Source of the DNA: Candidatus Binataceae bacterium
GTDB taxonomy: Bacteria; Desulfobacterota; Binatia; Binatales; Binataceae
Direction of reading: 5' to 3'
DNA: 64,000 nucleotides
NCBI GenBank assembly: GCA_963789715.1
Contig: CAWBLQ010000006.1
Coordinates: 431,007-495,006, forward strand
The notes under the pieces are model-generated. The model did no database searches. It was not told where the DNA came from and was given only the letters and a program-made list of their open reading frames with translations. How positions within the stretch are numbered: the first letter of the stretch is position 1; every line of letters begins with the position of its first letter. A program made the translations under genes and the position numbers. Below are positions 61,086 to 64,000 of this stretch, piece after piece.

Positions 61086-62369
61086 ATGATTCAGAACGCT
61101 GTGATTCTTTCAACCGGCGACGAAATCACCACCGGCAAGGTCGTCGATACCAATGCCAACTATCTTTCCGACAAGCTCTCGGAAATCGGAATCGACCTCG
61201 TCGCGGTGATTACGGTCGGCGACGTTCCCGACCGCCTGGAATGGGCGTGGCGCACGGCGATCGAGAAGGGCGACGTCGTGATTTCGACCGGCGGCATCGG
61301 GCCGACCGCCGACGACCTGACCACCGAAACCATCGCGCGCGTTGCAGGCGTGAAGTTGTGGCGCGACGAGGCGACCGTCGAGCACATGAAGAGATTGTTC
61401 GCCACCATCGGCCGCCCGATGCCCGAGAACAATCTCAAGCAGGCGCTGTTTCCCGAGGGTGCGACGGTCATCCAGAATCCGCTCGGCACGGCGCCCGGCT
61501 TCTGGATGCCGGTGACGCGGGGCGGCCATACCGCGCATCTGATCGTGCTGCCCGGCGTGCCGCGCGAAATGAAACCGATGATGGAAACCACGGTGATACC
61601 GTGGATTTTGGCGAATCGCGGCACCAACAAGGTTTACGCGGTTCGCGTGTTCCAGACTTTCGGGATGAGCGAGTCGGCGCTCGACGAAGCGGTGGCGGGA
61701 CTGATCAAACCGGACGAAGCCAAGGTCTCGTTCCGCGCGAGCTTCCCGCAGATCTCGCTGAAAATCAGAGTCGAGGGAGCGCCGGGCGAAGTCGAGCGCA
61801 GGGTTGAAGAGCTGTCGCGCCGCGTGCGCGAGAAAATCTCGCAGTTCGTTTACGCCGAAGGCGACACCTCGATGGAGGAAGTCGTCGGCCGCCTGTTCAT
61901 CGAAAAAAAATATACGCTGGCGGTCGCCGAGTCGTGCACAGGCGGGCTGATCGGGCACCGCATCACCAACGTTCCCGGCTGCTCGCAGTATTTCAAGAGC
62001 GACCTGGTCACGTATTCCAACGACGTGAAGTCGGGAGTGCTCGGCGTTTCGGAGGAGACGCTTAAAGCGCACGGCGCCGTCAGCGAGGAATGCGTGCGCG
62101 AGATGGCGGCCGGCGTGCGCAAGCGCACGGGCGCGAGCGTGTCGGTCGCAACCTCGGGAATCGCGGGCCCCGACGGCGGCACACCCGACAAGCCGGTCGG
62201 CACCGTATGCATCGCGCTGTCAGCCGACGATCAGAGCTTCACCCGCCGATACCAGTTCCGCGGCACTCGCGACTGGGTGAAACTGATCACCTCGCAGGTC
62301 GCGCTGGACTGGCTGCGGCGCTACGCGCTCGGCCTGCCGATCGCGGACTCGACGCTGTTCCGCCGCTAA
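61086..62369 (+). CDS. cinA: CinA-family competence/damage-inducible protein (MocF + NMN amidohydrolase PncC domains)
   Basis: 427 aa. N-terminal MoCF-biosynthesis-like domain (ILSTGDEITTGKVVDTN) and C-terminal CinA domain (…AVAESCTGGL…). Confidence 0.9.
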   Translation: MIQNAVILSTGDEITTGKVVDTNANYLSDKLSEIGIDLVAVITVGDVPDRLEWAWRTAIEKGDVVISTGGIGPTADDLTTETIARVAGVKLWRDEATVEHMKRLFATIGRPMPENNLKQALFPEGATVIQNPLGTAPGFWMPVTRGGHTAHLIVLPGVPREMKPMMETTVIPWILANRGTNKVYAVRVFQTFGMSESALDEAVAGLIKPDEAKVSFRASFPQISLKIRVEGAPGEVERRVEELSRRVREKISQFVYAEGDTSMEEVVGRLFIEKKYTLAVAESCTGGLIGHRITNVPGCSQYFKSDLVTYSNDVKSGVLGVSEETLKAHGAVSEECVREMAAGVRKRTGASVSVATSGIAGPDGGTPDKPVGTVCIALSADDQSFTRRYQFRGTRDWVKLITSQVALDWLRRYALGLPIADSTLFRR

Positions 62370-62386
62370 CGCGCGGCGCCGCGGCC

Positions 62387-62758
62387 TTACCTGACGCGCG
62401 CGTAGTTGATGAGATCGCTCCCGTTTCCAGCGAGCGCAAGCTTCCCGCTGGCAGCAGCGCACTGGACCGCATTCGCCGACGACGCGTCGGTGCATAGCAC
62501 GACGTTGGTGTCGCCGGTGAAGCACGCATCGTTGACGGTCGCGGCGCCCTGGGCGAGTCGCACGCGGCCGGCGCAGAGATCGGTGGTCTCCCTTACATCG
62601 ACCGAACCAAAAACACTGGTTGCCGCGATGTTTTGAAATTGAGACGGCACCTCACCTGATTCGCCAGCCCTGGGCGGCGGTCCAACATGAGGCGGCCGCC
62701 CGCATCCTGCGCCGGCGATCAAGGCGGTCAACCCGAGTGCAACGATTGCGGATCGCAT
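62387..62758 (-). CDS. Small lipoprotein (lipobox LIAGAGC), Cys-rich, hypothetical
   Basis: Signal peptide plus lipobox. Start at MRSAIVALGL. Confidence 0.45.
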   Translation of the reverse strand: MRSAIVALGLTALIAGAGCGRPPHVGPPPRAGESGEVPSQFQNIAATSVFGSVDVRETTDLCAGRVRLAQGAATVNDACFTGDTNVVLCTDASSANAVQCAAASGKLALAGNGSDLINYARVR

Positions 62759-62774
62759 TGCTCGCGTCTCCATT

Positions 62775-63515
62775 TCAGTTCGGGTGCTTGACGTCGCCGT
62801 TGGCCGCGGCGTTGGCCGCCGCCGTGAAAATATCCATCGGCGCCAGCGGTGGCCGGCGCTTGCGCTTCAAATCCTCCAGCTCGGCTTGGGCCTTGGCCTC
62901 GGCGTTGCGCTGGCGGATGGCCTCGAGCTTGTCGCCGAGCTCGGAGCCGGCGATTTCGTGATTGACACCCGCCTGCGCGAGCATCCGCTGAATCGACTCG
63001 CGCACTTCTTCGAGCGCGCGGACGTCGTCGTCGTACGAAATCTCCTCGAGCGCGCGCTGGATTCGGACCCGCGCCTGCGCGTTCTTCAGCCGCGCGAGCA
63101 TCCGCACTTTTTCGACCTTGAGCTTTTCGATCTCGCCCTTGAACGCGATCAGGTTCTTCTTCGCGTCCTCGGCTTCCGCCGTCAGCTCGCCGAGCTCCTC
63201 GCGCAGCCGCGTGCAATCGCCGTCGAGGACGTGCTTGCGCTGAATCAGGATCAGCGCGCATTGATCCTCGTTCATGTCGGCGGCCTGCCCCGCTTCCTCG
63301 TCGACTTCCTTCATCTCGGCGAGTTTTTCACGCAGCTCGCGCTCGAGCTTGTTGCGCATGTAAATAACGCCGGCCGCCGCGGTCTTGAGCTGATGATAGC
63401 GCCGCACCCGATCCGAGATTGCGGACTCGTAGACCGCCTCGGGGTCGCGCGCCTCGCGCGCTTTAATCCAGCGGCTGAACTTGCCTCCGATCAATTTGAA
63501 TAATCTTGACAACAC
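62775..63515 (-). CDS. pspA: PspA/IM30-family protein (phage-shock protein A-like)
   Basis: N-terminal amphipathic MLSRLFKLIGGKFSRWIKAREARDPEAV…, then long coiled coils typical of PspA/Vipp1. Confidence 0.7.
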   Translation of the reverse strand: MLSRLFKLIGGKFSRWIKAREARDPEAVYESAISDRVRRYHQLKTAAAGVIYMRNKLERELREKLAEMKEVDEEAGQAADMNEDQCALILIQRKHVLDGDCTRLREELGELTAEAEDAKKNLIAFKGEIEKLKVEKVRMLARLKNAQARVRIQRALEEISYDDDVRALEEVRESIQRMLAQAGVNHEIAGSELGDKLEAIRQRNAEAKAQAELEDLKRKRRPPLAPMDIFTAAANAAANGDVKHPN

Positions 63516-63574
63516 TTTCGTTCTCCTTGCGGCCGCCTGCTTGAGCGCTGGCGCAGCCGCCTGTTGCTAAAGCT

Positions 63575-64000
63575 TCAGATCCAGCGTCGGACGCGATCCT
63601 TGTAAGCGGCGTAATCATTGCCGAAGAGCCGCTCCATCGTCTCCTCCTCGCGCGGAATCACCATCCGATCGATCACCGCGTAGAACACTGCCGGCGCGAT
63701 CAACATCGCGATCGAACCGAAGAAGATTGCCAGTCCGAGCAAAGTGGTCACGAAGCTGAGATACATGGGGTTTCGCGTCCAGGTGTACGGCGGCTGCGTG
63801 ACGAACGCCGTCGGCTCGCCGTATGGATTCTTCGTAGTCGCGCGCGCCTGGAAAATCGCCGCGGCGAAAAACATCAGTGCCACGCCGGCCGCAACCACGA
63901 GCAGACCGATCACCTGATACCATCCGACCGCGCGCTCCTCGGGCAGCATGAAATGCAGCGCCAGCGTCACCAGCACCAGCGCGGCCGCCAGGATGGGAGG
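63575..64000 (-). CDS. Isoprenylcysteine carboxyl methyltransferase (ICMT)/phospholipid methyltransferase-family membrane protein, N-terminus beyond the window
   Basis: C-terminal RNPMY…E…FG…Y..Y motif characteristic of the ICMT/PEMT family. The ORF is open to the window end. Confidence 0.6.
   Translation of the reverse strand, partial: PPILAAALVLVTLALHFMLPEERAVGWYQVIGLLVVAAGVALMFFAAAIFQARATTKNPYGEPTAFVTQPPYTWTRNPMYLSFVTTLLGLAIFFGSIAMLIAPAVFYAVIDRMVIPREEETMERLFGNDYAAYKDRVRRWI

Overview
This is a high-GC (about 65-68%) bacterial chromosomal segment made of core metabolic and respiratory genes with several lower-GC, repeat-rich accessory patches between them. I found no rRNA, tRNA or CRISPR array. 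The ORF track marks GTG/TTG starts as M, and many of its overlapping ORFs in this high-GC DNA are spurious antisense or out-of-frame readings, which I ignored.

Main content, in order along the window:
- A minus-strand Alternative Complex III (actA-B-C-D-F) plus caa3-type cytochrome oxidase (coxII-c, coxI/III fusion, coxIV, ctaG) super-operon, from about 14852 down to 3657. Four gene junctions are ATGA stop/start overlaps. There is no separate actE gene.
- dapB, then a dapL-folK-tal operon diverging from the act promoter.
- An accessory island at about 17.5-21.6 kb. It holds a PLD (single HKD) nuclease with a C-terminal Mrr_N-like winged helix, two repeat families (R1, a palindromic REP-like element; R2, about 65 bp), a small SAM methyltransferase, a small Tyr/Gly-rich secreted protein and an orphan Flp-type pilin.
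- ispG and an AhpD-like gene, then a three-gene cluster of unknown function centred on a SprT-like Zn-metalloprotease with an arginine-rich tail.
- An orphan FtsX-type ABC permease and a VOC-family protein.
- A lipid/steroid side-chain-type module on the minus strand (27.4-33.7 kb): MaoC pair, PHP protein, DUF35, SCP-x thiolase, alpha/beta hydrolase, methyltransferase, HTH protein, with a divergent crotonase.
- Citrate synthase, an IS110-family insertion with a probable bridge-RNA region, and a 5'-truncated mrr.
- DedA, an amidohydrolase, a GH13 glucosidase and aminopeptidase N.
- A low-GC pair of secreted proteins, one with a long Thr/Ala tandem-repeat linker.
- glnA, an outer-membrane beta-barrel protein, an acyl-CoA dehydrogenase, an XRE regulator, two MFS transporters, a CysQ/IMPase, pgpA, cinA, pspA and a partial ICMT-family gene at the window end.

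The most interesting signal is a diverged element of about 280 bp, present twice (19.34-19.64 kb and 39.31-39.62 kb). It carries an identical perfect 7-1-7 palindrome, TGACAAC-C-GTTGTCA. Each copy lies immediately upstream of a minus-strand Mrr_N-domain nuclease gene: the PLD-Mrr_N fusion, and a truncated mrr beside the IS110. This suggests a shared regulatory or mobile module tied to Type IV restriction-like nucleases. Coordinates carry roughly ±10 nt uncertainty, because I hit one 9-nt inconsistency between my line-based counting and the track (at gltA).
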